Assembly (NCBI GenBank): GCA_050950165.1
Contig: JBMNHC010000001.1
Span: 325,724 to 389,723, forward strand
Direction of reading: 5' to 3'
Origin: Candidatus Dojkabacteria bacterium
Lineage (GTDB): Bacteria; Patescibacteriota; Dojkabacteria; SC72
Length of the DNA stretch: 64,000 nt
Shown: positions 9,904 to 18,809 of the stretch, one piece after another
How the letters are laid out: each line of letters starts with the position of its first letter
Numbering within the stretch: position 1 is the first letter of the stretch
Position numbers and translations under genes: made by a program
Notes under the pieces: model-generated
What the model saw: the letters and a program-made list of their open reading frames with translations, nothing else
Database searches by the model: none
What the model was told of the DNA's origin: nothing

Positions 9904-10123
9904 GCTCCTTAATTACCTCCATAGTTATCTCTCTTAAGAGTCTTGTCATTCTATGTCTTAGCACAGCATTCCCTATCTTCTTATTAACTACAAATGCAAA
10001 CTGAGCTATATTTTCTTTAGATTGTAGTACAACAAGCATACCGAACTCTCCTCGATATTTCTTACCTTCGTTATAGACTTTTGATATTTCTTTACTGTTT
10101 AATCTGTGTAGATATGGAAGCAT
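9785..10123 (-). CDS. rnpA: RNase P protein component
   Basis: FAFVVNKKIGNAVLRHRMTRLLRE is the RnpA RNR-like motif. Located downstream of rpmH. Confidence 0.8.
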   Translation of the reverse strand: MLPYLHRLNSKEISKVYNEGKKYRGEFGMLVVLQSKENIAQFAFVVNKKIGNAVLRHRMTRLLREITMEVIKEHDFENKPFKCQYIAFKYCDNYEKLKEEYSEQIKTAFRDS

Positions 10124-10136
10124 ACCTAAGTATACA

Positions 10137-10319
10137 CTACCTAATTCTAGATGTGTTTTTCTTTCTTAAGGTTTTGTACTCTTCGCTAGTAGTAAGGTTC
10201 TTTCTTCCTTTCCTTCTTCTTTTTTGTAGTACAGCTTTACCTGAAGATGTTTTACTTCTTGAGAGGAAGCCAAACTTTTTAATTCTTTTTAGGTTTTTAG
10301 GTTGGTATGTTCTTTTCAT
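10137..10319 (-). CDS. rpmH: 50S ribosomal protein L34
   Basis: [40 protein letters not shown] is the L34 signature. Confidence 0.9.
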   Translation of the reverse strand: MKRTYQPKNLKRIKKFGFLSRSKTSSGKAVLQKRRRKGRKNLTTSEEYKTLRKKNTSRIR

Positions 10320-10456
10320 AAACGTGCCTATTATATATTACCATGTGTATATATGGCAAATATTTAAGAGAGATGATATGTCTAAGTATCTTAGATAATT
10401 TTTGTAGTTTTATATTCCCTTGTATTCTAGACGTTTTCTAATATTCTCTTACCCTC

Positions 10457-10465
10457 TTATCCACA
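10457..10465 (+). promoter_or_regulatory. Perfect DnaA box TTATCCACA in the dnaA upstream region
   Basis: Exact consensus 9-mer, 87 nt upstream of the dnaA start. A TATAAT-like element lies at about 10483. Confidence 0.55.
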
Positions 10466-10551
10466 TTTTAGGAAAAATGAATATAATGGAGCATCAGTCC
10501 CAATCGACTAGAGCTGCCCCCTGACTGCCTTTAATATATCTATATACTTCT

Positions 10552-12015
10552 TTGTTAAGTATGGACAAAATAGATTTTGAAAAATATGAGAGTGTACTAC
10601 CCAAACCTAGAATAGAGGAGAGGGAGTATGAAGAGGAGATAGATATAGATGATACATGGAAAATTGTATCTGAAAACCTTAGGATGGCATTAAAGAAGGT
10701 AGATTACAATGCTTGGTTTGCAGATACATATTTGGAGAGAGTACAAAATGGAGTAGCTACTCTCTCTACTAGCAATGAGTTTAAGAAGATTACAATAGAG
10801 AAGAATTTTAAGAGTCTTCTTAAGAAGTATCTTTTACAATCAACGGGACAGAATTTAGAGATAGAGATATTGGTTAAAAGTGAACCTAAAGAAGATAGAA
10901 GAGAGAGTAGATATGAGTATTTAGAACAGAAGGGGAAAGAGGTTAATCTTTTCTCTGAGGCTCAGAGTGCTGAAAAGAGATATCAGGATGCTGTGCATAG
11001 AGCAAGTTTAAATCCTAAATATACTTTTGATACATTTGTAGTAGGGACACATAACAGGTTTGCGGAAGCTGTAGCACAGGCAGTACTTGATGGTTTAGGG
11101 AAGGTATACAATCCTGTTTTCTACTATGGTAGTACAGGTGTTGGTAAGACTCATCTCATGCAAGCAATCGGTAATGAGGTGCTAAAAAGAGATAGTGGTA
11201 AGAAGGTTATATATATATCGATAGAGCAATTTCTTAATGAAATGATAGAGGCAATTAGAACAAAAAAGAATGAAGAGTTTAGAGCTAAGTATAGGGGTGT
11301 AGATCTTTTAATTATTGATGATATACAGTTTGTAGAGACATATCCTAAGACACAGGAAGAGCTTTTTCATACATTTAATAGTTTGTATCAGACGAATAAA
11401 CAGATAATATTGGCATCGGATAGGCCTCCTAAAGAGATAAAGAATATTACTGATAGGTTAAGATCTAGGTTTGAAGGGGGTATAGTTGCAGATATACAGG
11501 CTCCTGATTATGAAACTAGGGTAGCTATACTAAAACAGCAGATGATAGAGAAAAATTTCACTATAGAAGATAGATATGTAGAGTTAATTGCCAAGAATAT
11601 TGAAAATAATGTTAGAGAGTTAGAAGGTGCGTTTAATAAGGTTGCTACTTTAATGAAGTTAGGTGGTAATCCTACATATGATGATGTAGCAAGGATATTG
11701 CAGTTAGATATTGAGAGTAAGAGGTTAAAGATTACACCCCAGAAGGTAATAAAGGCAGTATCAAATGTTTTTGATGTGTCTGTAGCTGAGATAAAAGGAG
11801 ATAGGAGAACAGCATATGTAGCTTTGGCAAGGCAAGTAGTCATGTATATTCTTCGAAAAGAGCTAGTTCTTCCACTTGAGAGAGTTGCTAAAGAGGTAAA
11901 TAGGAAGGATCATACTACTGTAATACATGCATACAAACAGATATCTGAAAAGATTGAAAAAGATAGTAGGTTTGCAGAAAAGGTAGAACTTTGTAAGAGA
12001 GAGTTTAGTAAGTAA
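10552..12015 (+). CDS. dnaA: Chromosomal replication initiator DnaA
   Basis: Walker A GSTGVGKTHLMQAIGNE, AAA+ sensor motifs, and a C-terminal DnaA-box binding HTH (VIHAYKQI). Confidence 0.95.
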   Translation: MLSMDKIDFEKYESVLPKPRIEEREYEEEIDIDDTWKIVSENLRMALKKVDYNAWFADTYLERVQNGVATLSTSNEFKKITIEKNFKSLLKKYLLQSTGQNLEIEILVKSEPKEDRRESRYEYLEQKGKEVNLFSEAQSAEKRYQDAVHRASLNPKYTFDTFVVGTHNRFAEAVAQAVLDGLGKVYNPVFYYGSTGVGKTHLMQAIGNEVLKRDSGKKVIYISIEQFLNEMIEAIRTKKNEEFRAKYRGVDLLIIDDIQFVETYPKTQEELFHTFNSLYQTNKQIILASDRPPKEIKNITDRLRSRFEGGIVADIQAPDYETRVAILKQQMIEKNFTIEDRYVELIAKNIENNVRELEGAFNKVATLMKLGGNPTYDDVARILQLDIESKRLKITPQKVIKAVSNVFDVSVAEIKGDRRTAYVALARQVVMYILRKELVLPLERVAKEVNRKDHTTVIHAYKQISEKIEKDSRFAEKVELCKREFSK

Positions 12016-12438
12016 GGGGTATAACTTGTGGATATCTGTGGATAAGGTAGGTATAAGGGTATGGGTATTCCACAGATAGAGATTTATTGTTGTAATAGGA
12101 GTTAATTAAAAAACCTTTAATTAAAAGTACTTTTTATTCACACTTAGGCTCTACTTATCCTAAGTAGTTCACATTAGAGTCTAGTTGTTACTTAGGTATT
12201 AGTTATAAACATATTTAGCAGTAATTAAGAAAAACTATCTATAAGTTCTCAACAGAAAAAAAAAGTAGAAGAAAGTATATCCCTATTAATCAATCTAAAA
12301 AGTTATCAACTTATCAACACTACCTACTACTAATACTACTTATTTTATATTTAAATTAAATAAAGTAGAAAAGAGATTGAATATTGAGTAGAATATAGTA
12401 CTTACTGCCTATACATAATATTTATATATTAATAGAAT
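12016..12438 (+). promoter_or_regulatory. Probable oriC: DnaA-box cluster and AT-rich unwinding region between dnaA and dnaN
   Basis: TGTGGATAT at 12028-12036 and TGTGGATAA at 12038-12046, TTATCAAC twice at 12303-12318, and the extremely AT-rich stretch 12340-12438. Confidence 0.6.
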
Positions 12439-13560
12439 ATGCAATTTACATGTAATCAAGATACATTTTCTAAGTATCTGAATATTGTTAGTAGGATGGT
12501 TAGCAGTAAACCAGGATTACCAATTCTTAATAATGTTCAATTTGAAACTAAGAAAGGTAAATTGATAATTACAGCTACTGATTTGGAGATAGGGTTGAAT
12601 ACATGGATAGGAGCAGATGTTAAGTCTGAGGGTAAGATTACTGTACCTGCTAAACAGCTAACTGAATTTGTAAATAGTGTGCAGAGTGAAGTAATAGATG
12701 TAGAGCTAGATAATCAGAATTTAAATATATCTAGTACTGGAAACTTTGCAAGTTTTAATACTATGCCTGCTGAGGATTTTCCTACTGTTGCAACTATAGA
12801 TAAGCAGAAGCCTCTTCTTAGAATACCAAGAGAGTTATTAATTAAAGCTGTAAATAGAGTAGCATTTGCTGCTGCTGTTGATGATATTAAACCTGTTTTA
12901 GCAGGTATACTCCTAGAGGTATCAGGAGAGAGTATATCTTTTGTAGGGACTGATGGGTTAAGGTTGTCTAGACAGATTATCAAATTAGAATCTAATGCTC
13001 AGAGTGATATTAATATCTTAGTACCAGTTAAAGCTCTATTAGAGTTAGCACATATTGCAGGTGAGATAGGAGAGGAGAGTGATATTGAGGTATTTTTGAT
13101 TGAAGAGAGAAATCAGGTATTATTCAGATACGCAGATATTGATATTGTTTCTAGATTAATAGATGGGCAGTTTCCTGAGTATAGGCAGATTATTCCAACT
13201 GGGTATAAAACACAGGCTAAGATTGAGAAGAGTGATTTTCTTAATTCTCTTAAAATTACCAACATTATTGCTAAGAGTGTATTGGGAAATAAATTAGTAT
13301 TAGATATTGATGCAAAGGGAGATAGTATAACTCTCTCTGCAACGCAAACAGATTTAGGTAGTAACAAGAGTATATTTAAAGGTAGTATAGAAGGAGATAG
13401 TATAAAGATTGCATTTAGTTCAAGACTACTATCTGATATCTTAAATCATATAGATTCTGAAAATATTATTTTTGAGTGTAGTGAGACTGTAAAACCGGGA
13501 GTATTTAAGATTGAGGATGATCCTGACTTTGTTCACCTTGTAATGCCGATGATGCTTTAG
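12439..13560 (+). CDS. dnaN: DNA polymerase III beta sliding clamp
   Basis: 373 aa with three-domain beta-clamp organisation, immediately after dnaA/oriC. Confidence 0.85.
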   Translation: MQFTCNQDTFSKYLNIVSRMVSSKPGLPILNNVQFETKKGKLIITATDLEIGLNTWIGADVKSEGKITVPAKQLTEFVNSVQSEVIDVELDNQNLNISSTGNFASFNTMPAEDFPTVATIDKQKPLLRIPRELLIKAVNRVAFAAAVDDIKPVLAGILLEVSGESISFVGTDGLRLSRQIIKLESNAQSDINILVPVKALLELAHIAGEIGEESDIEVFLIEERNQVLFRYADIDIVSRLIDGQFPEYRQIIPTGYKTQAKIEKSDFLNSLKITNIIAKSVLGNKLVLDIDAKGDSITLSATQTDLGSNKSIFKGSIEGDSIKIAFSSRLLSDILNHIDSENIIFECSETVKPGVFKIEDDPDFVHLVMPMML

Positions 13561-14236
13561 TACTTTTACGGTCTTTTATTCTATATCCTTGACCGTGTAC
13601 TGTCTCTATTAGAGATTTATTTGTAATCTTATCTCTAATTCTTTTAATATGTACATCTACAGTATTAGAACCTGTATAGCTTCGATAATCCCATACATGA
13701 TCTAAAAGTTCACACCTACTAACCGTTCTATTTTTATTCCTCATTAGATACTCAAGTAGTTGATACTCTTTCTTACGAAGGTTAATATCTTTCCTATCTT
13801 CAGAGACACTCTTGTTTCTCATATCTAACAGCACATTGCCTACATACATCTGACTATCGATATAGCTAGAGGGTCTTCTGAGCAGAGATTGAATCCTTGC
13901 TATTAACTCCTGCATAGGGAATGGATATGAGAGTACATCATCTCCTCCATTGTTTAGAAAATTTACTTTATCTCTCCAATTACCAGTACTACATATTCCT
14001 AAGATTTTACAGTTTTTCTTACTCTGACTATTTATCCTTTTTAGTATATCTAAAGTACTGTTTTTACCACTGAGATTAGTATCCAATATTATTACCTCAA
14101 ATATATCTCTATTAATTATATTTATACTATTAAAATCTGCAGTATCCTCACTCACATTATATCCATAGGCAATGAGAGTCTTTTTAAGGATGTATGAAAT
14201 AGTTTTAGATTTCTCTATAATTAAGATATTCATCAT
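13505..14236 (-). CDS. OmpR-family winged-helix response regulator with an atypical receiver domain
   Basis: The C-terminus TVDVHIKRIRDKI...ETVHGQGYRI is trans_reg_C. In the receiver, the acidic pair is replaced (IIEKSK), D54 is retained (ILDTNL), and the conserved Lys is replaced (DVLSYPF). The 3' end overlaps dnaN by 56 nt, convergently. Confidence 0.65.
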   Translation of the reverse strand: MMNILIIEKSKTISYILKKTLIAYGYNVSEDTADFNSINIINRDIFEVIILDTNLSGKNSTLDILKRINSQSKKNCKILGICSTGNWRDKVNFLNNGGDDVLSYPFPMQELIARIQSLLRRPSSYIDSQMYVGNVLLDMRNKSVSEDRKDINLRKKEYQLLEYLMRNKNRTVSRCELLDHVWDYRSYTGSNTVDVHIKRIRDKITNKSLIETVHGQGYRIKDRKSTKASSALQGEQSQDHPQS

Positions 14237-14266
14237 ACAGAAAAGTAAAATTAATTTCTAAGGATA

Positions 14267-14677
14267 ATGGAAGAGGTAGTAGTTGAGAAAACTTATAGGG
14301 AGAGAAATATTAAATTTATACTTTCTTTGTCCTTTCTTAATATATTCTCTGTTGTAGTTTTGTTATACTTATTCTCACTTGAAAATTTTCTTCCAACAAC
14401 AGTAGATGGTAATTACAACTCTCTTAATCTCTCTGTATTTGCTACTCTCTCTTTTCTGTTTCTTTTTACCTTGATATCATTGATAACATATTTACTACTA
14501 TCTCTGTTCACAAAAAATACGGACTCTTTACTAGTTCAGATTTATTCAACAAAATTAGGTATTCTTTTAACAGTAGCTATATTTCTCTCTACAGTACTTC
14601 ACTTCTTTCACATACTAAATATCTTCTGGGGAGTAGGTATTGTAGTTATTCTTTTAGTAATATCACTTGTTCTGTAA
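14267..14677 (+). CDS. Hypothetical 4-TM membrane protein
   Basis: 136 aa, hydrophobic, no motif. Confidence 0.4.
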   Translation: MEEVVVEKTYRERNIKFILSLSFLNIFSVVVLLYLFSLENFLPTTVDGNYNSLNLSVFATLSFLFLFTLISLITYLLLSLFTKNTDSLLVQIYSTKLGILLTVAIFLSTVLHFFHILNIFWGVGIVVILLVISLVL

Positions 14678-14691
14678 TATAATGGGGGGAG

Positions 14692-15378
14692 ATGAAAAAG
14701 AAGACATTAAAGAAAGAATTTTCAGATATCTTTGCCATAATCTCTGGTGAGCTTTCACTAAGGGAGAGAGAAGAGAAGATTCAAGAGCTTAAAAGGGAAG
14801 CTATTAAACGGAAGAAGGCAGAGAAGAGGAGAAAGATTGTAGAGAGGGATGTTGTTTTAGAGGAGGGAGATATTCCTACTAAGAAGGTTGTTCAGAATAT
14901 TAAGCTTTTTGAGTGGGAGGCGTTAGATAGGTATTCTTTTAAGTTTGAGCAGAAGACTTTTAGAATAATCATTGTTGTTTCAATGGCTTTTGTACTTTTT
15001 CTCGCTATTTTAGAAAACTATTTTCTAATGGCTTGTGTAATAGCGTTGCTCTTTTTTATCTATGTAGCTGGTACGAATAAGCCGAGTAAGGTTAAGTATA
15101 AGATAACGGCAAGGGGGATAGATGTAGGGGATAGGTTGTATGAGTGGTTTATGCTTAATAATTTTTGGTTTTCAAAGAGAGATTCTCAATATTTTTTAAT
15201 TGTAGAGACTAGGCTTAGATATCCTAAGGGGTTAATATTTCTTTTAGAGAGGGAGGATAAGGATCCGATATTTTTACTTCTTCAAGAGAAATTGTTGTAC
15301 AAAGATGTTAGAAAGCAGGGTAGGTTTGATAAGTTGATGTATGGTGAATATATTCCGTTTGATTCTCCCGACCTATAG
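14692..15378 (+). CDS. Hypothetical membrane protein with a basic, coiled N-terminus
   Basis: 228 aa. A KRKKAEKRRK-rich N-terminus is followed by 2 TM segments. Confidence 0.4.
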   Translation: MKKKTLKKEFSDIFAIISGELSLREREEKIQELKREAIKRKKAEKRRKIVERDVVLEEGDIPTKKVVQNIKLFEWEALDRYSFKFEQKTFRIIIVVSMAFVLFLAILENYFLMACVIALLFFIYVAGTNKPSKVKYKITARGIDVGDRLYEWFMLNNFWFSKRDSQYFLIVETRLRYPKGLIFLLEREDKDPIFLLLQEKLLYKDVRKQGRFDKLMYGEYIPFDSPDL

Positions 15379-15535
15379 TTGTACCCTTAGATTTGGTATA
15401 ATGTAAGGATAGAGGTATTTATATACTTCTTTTGCTCTTTATACGATGAAATAGAGTGGGTAGCACATTGTACATATGTATATGTTTAGTGTGCTATCCA
15501 TTCGGATATGCTTAAAAAAAAGTAAAGGAGAGAAA

Positions 15536-15712
15536 ATGAAGAGAAAGAGTGATAGGGAAGTTACTTTGTTGATGGTACTTGTGTACAGTACCACAGTACT
15601 GCTGTTCTTTGTAGCAGCAGTAAATTTAATGAAAAGAGATCTTCTACCTGCAGTAGTTTGCACGGCTGTAGGAATAATTCTCTTTTTGGGAGACAAGTTT
15701 TTCCATCGTTAG
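15536..15712 (+). CDS. Small two-TM membrane peptide (about 58 aa from the SD-preceded ATG) followed by the conserved hairpin terminator
   Basis: AAGGAGAG SD before ATG 15536 (MKRKSDREV...). The listed longer ORF begins at 15476. Confidence 0.4.
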   Translation: MKRKSDREVTLLMVLVYSTTVLLFFVAAVNLMKRDLLPAVVCTAVGIILFLGDKFFHR

Positions 15713-15719
15713 AGAGTAA

Positions 15720-15786
15720 AGCACCGAAAGGTTAGTATGAGGATATTTTTCTTCTACATATACCTACTAGGTGCTTTTTCTTTTTT
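15720..15786 (+). terminator. Copy B of the about 66-nt hairpin plus T-tract element
   Basis: AGCACCGAAAGGTTAGTATGAGGATATTTTTCTTCTACATATACCTACTAGGTGCTTTTTCTTTTTT, a near-identical duplicate of 6679-6744. Confidence 0.6.
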
Positions 15787-15809
15787 AGAAAAGTATAATT
15801 ATTTGATTT

Positions 15810-15896
15810 GGAGAGGTGCTAGAGTGGTTGAATAGGGTACTCTCGAAAAGTACTACTCCTTAAATGGAGTCGTGGGTTCGAATCCCACCCTCTCCG
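15810..15896 (+). tRNA. tRNA-Ser (anticodon CGA)
   Basis: GGAGAGG acceptor, anticodon loop CTCGAAA, long variable arm, T-arm GTGGGTTCGAATCCCAC. Confidence 0.8.
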
Positions 15897-16056
15897 TTGG
15901 TTAAATATTCACAAAACAGACCTTAGGTGTGGATAAGTAAGGAAGTGGTTCTACAAAGGTCTTTTACGACTCTTGATTACTATATATTTTCAATTATCGC
16001 TCTATAAGCTAGTGGGACAGGCTGTAAATAAATGTTACTTTTATGTATTATGTAGT

Positions 16057-16575
16057 ATGGAAAAATCTGACTTTTCTGTTGAAAGTATAAATTTTGTTCC
16101 TGTTAAACCACAACCAGAGAAAAAAGAGAGCTTTAAGTTTCTTGAAATATTAGTAGTACTCTCTGCTGTTGCTGTAGTTGCACTCTTAGGACTACTTGTC
16201 ATTAACCCAAGTAAAGAAGCTGCTGAAGCTAGAAATATTAAAAGAACTGCTGATGTATCCTCCATACTCTCTCATGTTAGTGCTTGGAGTAGTAAGAATG
16301 GTAAGTTACCTGAAGAAGTACCTGAGTCTAAAGAATGTGTTAGTTTTGGTAATGAAATATGTAAAAGTGGACCATATGATTGTACTGATTTAGTTAATAT
16401 GTCTTTTCTTAGTGATGGTGGGACTGAAACTATTATTCAGATGCCACAGGATCCTCTGTATGTATCAATTAACGGTGTAGGGTACTACATATCCCAAAAT
16501 GGGAAATATGTGACTGTATGTGCTCCTCATGCAGAGAGGAATGAGAAAATATCTTTTTCTAAATTGATGTATTAA
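16057..16575 (+). CDS. Type IV pilin-like protein (prepilin with about 25-aa leader)
   Basis: After leader MEKSD...EKKES comes FKFLEILVVLSAVAVVALLGLLV, with Glu at +5 and a 20-aa hydrophobic helix (class III signal). The C-terminal domain has four Cys. The track ORF starts upstream at 15973. Confidence 0.5.
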   Translation: MEKSDFSVESINFVPVKPQPEKKESFKFLEILVVLSAVAVVALLGLLVINPSKEAAEARNIKRTADVSSILSHVSAWSSKNGKLPEEVPESKECVSFGNEICKSGPYDCTDLVNMSFLSDGGTETIIQMPQDPLYVSINGVGYYISQNGKYVTVCAPHAERNEKISFSKLMY

Positions 16576-16585
16576 AATATTAAGA

Positions 16586-17539
16586 ATGGAGAAGAATTTT
16601 ACTAAGGTAAATGTAATGAAGAAAGGGATTGTCATATTAATATCTACAATTATCTTCCTTGTCTTCGGATATATTGCTGGTACTTTAAAATGGTTAGAAG
16701 ATTTTCAATTGATATTGGATCTTTTTGCAGGTATATTTGCTTTCTTCATTGCTACTCTTTCAATATTGCGTTTCTATACTAAACAGAACTCATTCAATTA
16801 CTTACTTTTGGGTATTGGTTTTTTGGTTGTAGGGTTTTTAGATATATTTCAGATATTACTTACTTTGGATACATTTGGAGATCTTTTTGTATTAAAGAGT
16901 GCAGAGGTGTTTCCAAACAGTGTTATCTTTTCTAGATTGTTTCTTTCCTTAATATTCTTTTTAAGTTGGTTTTTTACTAAGCAAGAGGAGGGAGAGAAGA
17001 GGTTGAGTCAGAAGTGGGTGTTTTTAGGTTTGTTTGTGTCTTTTTCATTGTTGATAGTGGTAGTTACTGTTTTTTCTGAGATATTTTCTAGTCAGAGTGA
17101 GTATCTTTTGGCGATTGTTGTTCAGACTGTTGCAATGATGGTATATATTTTGACTTTGGTTGCGTATGTAAAAGAGAAGGGTATGTACAAAAGGAATTTT
17201 GATTTTTGGTTAATATTTTCATTAGCATTTGCAATATTGTCTCAGATATTTTTCTTACCTTTTTTGAATATTGAGTATACCTTGATGTTGAATCTTTCTA
17301 CTTTGGCTAAGTTTTTAAGTTACTTGGTACTGTTGATTGGGTTTTTGTTTAGTATATATGAGATGTACAAGAGTGAAGAGAATGTTCAGAAGGAGTTGAA
17401 GAAGAAGAATTTGATATTGATGGAGACTAAGAAGAAGGTAGAGGAGGCGTATATGGTGCTTAGGAATGAGAAGTGGGAGATATCTAAAGGTAAGAGTAGT
17501 GTGGATAATATATTGAAAGATATTTTGAAAAAGAAGTAG
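16586..17539 (+). CDS. Polytopic membrane protein with a C-terminal coiled-coil tail
   Basis: 317 aa with more than 7 TM segments and the charged C-terminal KELKKKNLILMETKKKVEEA. Confidence 0.4.
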   Translation: MEKNFTKVNVMKKGIVILISTIIFLVFGYIAGTLKWLEDFQLILDLFAGIFAFFIATLSILRFYTKQNSFNYLLLGIGFLVVGFLDIFQILLTLDTFGDLFVLKSAEVFPNSVIFSRLFLSLIFFLSWFFTKQEEGEKRLSQKWVFLGLFVSFSLLIVVVTVFSEIFSSQSEYLLAIVVQTVAMMVYILTLVAYVKEKGMYKRNFDFWLIFSLAFAILSQIFFLPFLNIEYTLMLNLSTLAKFLSYLVLLIGFLFSIYEMYKSEENVQKELKKKNLILMETKKKVEEAYMVLRNEKWEISKGKSSVDNILKDILKKK

Positions 17540-17540
17540 T

Positions 17541-18260
17541 ATGGTTCTTCCTAAGATTAAGAGATATCAGAAGAAGTTTGAATATTCGTATGCGTTTGGT
17601 GCATATACCGTTATTGATTTACTAAAGAGATATCCTAATCTTGTGTACAAGGTTTTGCTCAAAAAAGAGGGTGATGAAAGTGATGGGGTAGATATGGTTA
17701 AGAAGTTGTGTAGTAAAAAAAATATTCCTCTGGAGTATGGTGAGAGGCAGATTGAGAAGATTGCTGCTAAGGAGAATACATATGTGGTAGGGGTATTTAA
17801 GAAGTACAGTTCTAAACTAGAGGAGGGTGCTAATCACCTTCTTCTTGTTAATCCTAGTAATATGGGTAATGTAGGTACAATTGTTAGAAGTATGTTAGGT
17901 TTTGGTATTAGGGATTTGGGTATTGTAAAGCCTGCTGTAGATATATTTGACCCTATGGTTATTAGATCTACAATGGGAGCTATATTTAGTATTAATTTTG
18001 AATTTTTTAATTCTGTAGAGGAGTATGTAGAGAGATATTCAAACAATCTTTACCTTTTTATGCTTGATGGGAAGGAGAGTGTAGTAGATGTTAGATTTGA
18101 GAAGCCTTTTACATTGGTACATGGTAACGAGTCTTCAGGTTTAGATGAGAGATACAGGAACTTAGGTAAGAGTGTGTATATTCCTCATTCAGATGATATT
18201 GATTCATTAAATCTTTCTGTTGCTGTAGGTATTAGTATGTGGGAAGCAAGTAGGGATTAA
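17541..18260 (+). CDS. SpoU/TrmH-family RNA 2'-O-methyltransferase
   Basis: SPOUT motifs NMGNVGTIVRSMLGFG and LVHGNESSGLD...IPHSDDIDSLNLSVAVGISMWE. Confidence 0.75.
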   Translation: MVLPKIKRYQKKFEYSYAFGAYTVIDLLKRYPNLVYKVLLKKEGDESDGVDMVKKLCSKKNIPLEYGERQIEKIAAKENTYVVGVFKKYSSKLEEGANHLLLVNPSNMGNVGTIVRSMLGFGIRDLGIVKPAVDIFDPMVIRSTMGAIFSINFEFFNSVEEYVERYSNNLYLFMLDGKESVVDVRFEKPFTLVHGNESSGLDERYRNLGKSVYIPHSDDIDSLNLSVAVGISMWEASRD

Positions 18261-18326
18261 TTTCTGACTTCAAGAAGTGGTCTAACAGGCTAAGCTGTAA
18301 AGATGTAAATATCCTCTTCATTATGG

Positions 18327-18332
18327 TATAAT
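18327..18332 (+). promoter_or_regulatory. TATAAT -10 element about 20 nt upstream of tmRNA
   Basis: GGTATAATGG immediately 5' of the tmRNA gene. Confidence 0.4.
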
Positions 18333-18352
18333 GGAGAGCTCTTTAAGAATAT

Positions 18353-18763
18353 GGGGGCGTAAGGCTTTCGACAGAAGTCATGGTGGTTGTTTGTCACAAA
18401 TCGTTTTTTAGTTCGTAAAACTAAAACACAGATAAGTGTAGAAAACAAACTTAACGCTTTTGCAAGTAAGCTAAAGGCTGCATTTACTGCACCTTTGTAT
18501 GCTTACAATTTTGCATAAGTCTAACTGATTTAATTCGGTTAGTGTCTAATATTTCTATCTCTAGTTAGTATATTAGATAGTCGTTACTAGAGTATATCTA
18601 CTTTCTCTTGTCGGTAGGGTATTGTAGAGGAATGTAATTACTGAGCAAAGAATACTTTTTGTTAGATTTTTTAGTATTGTTTGACTATACAAATCTAAAT
18701 ATGTTTGTAAATGACACTACTGCTAGCTTTTGGACGTGGGTTCAAATCCCACCGTCTCCACCA
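18353..18763 (+). ncRNA. ssrA: tmRNA (ssrA)
   Basis: 5' GGGGGCGTAAGGCTTTCGACAG. The 3' tRNA-like end GGACGTGGGTTCAAATCCCACCGTCTCCACCA pairs with the 5' end. The internal tag ORF ends ...APLYAYNFA-TAA at about 18456-18518, resembling the Mollicutes-type ...NFAFA tag. Confidence 0.85.
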
Positions 18764-18809
18764 ACTCTTAAAGGTAGGGCGTGTTTTATAAAATGAGTAT
18801 CTTTCTATT

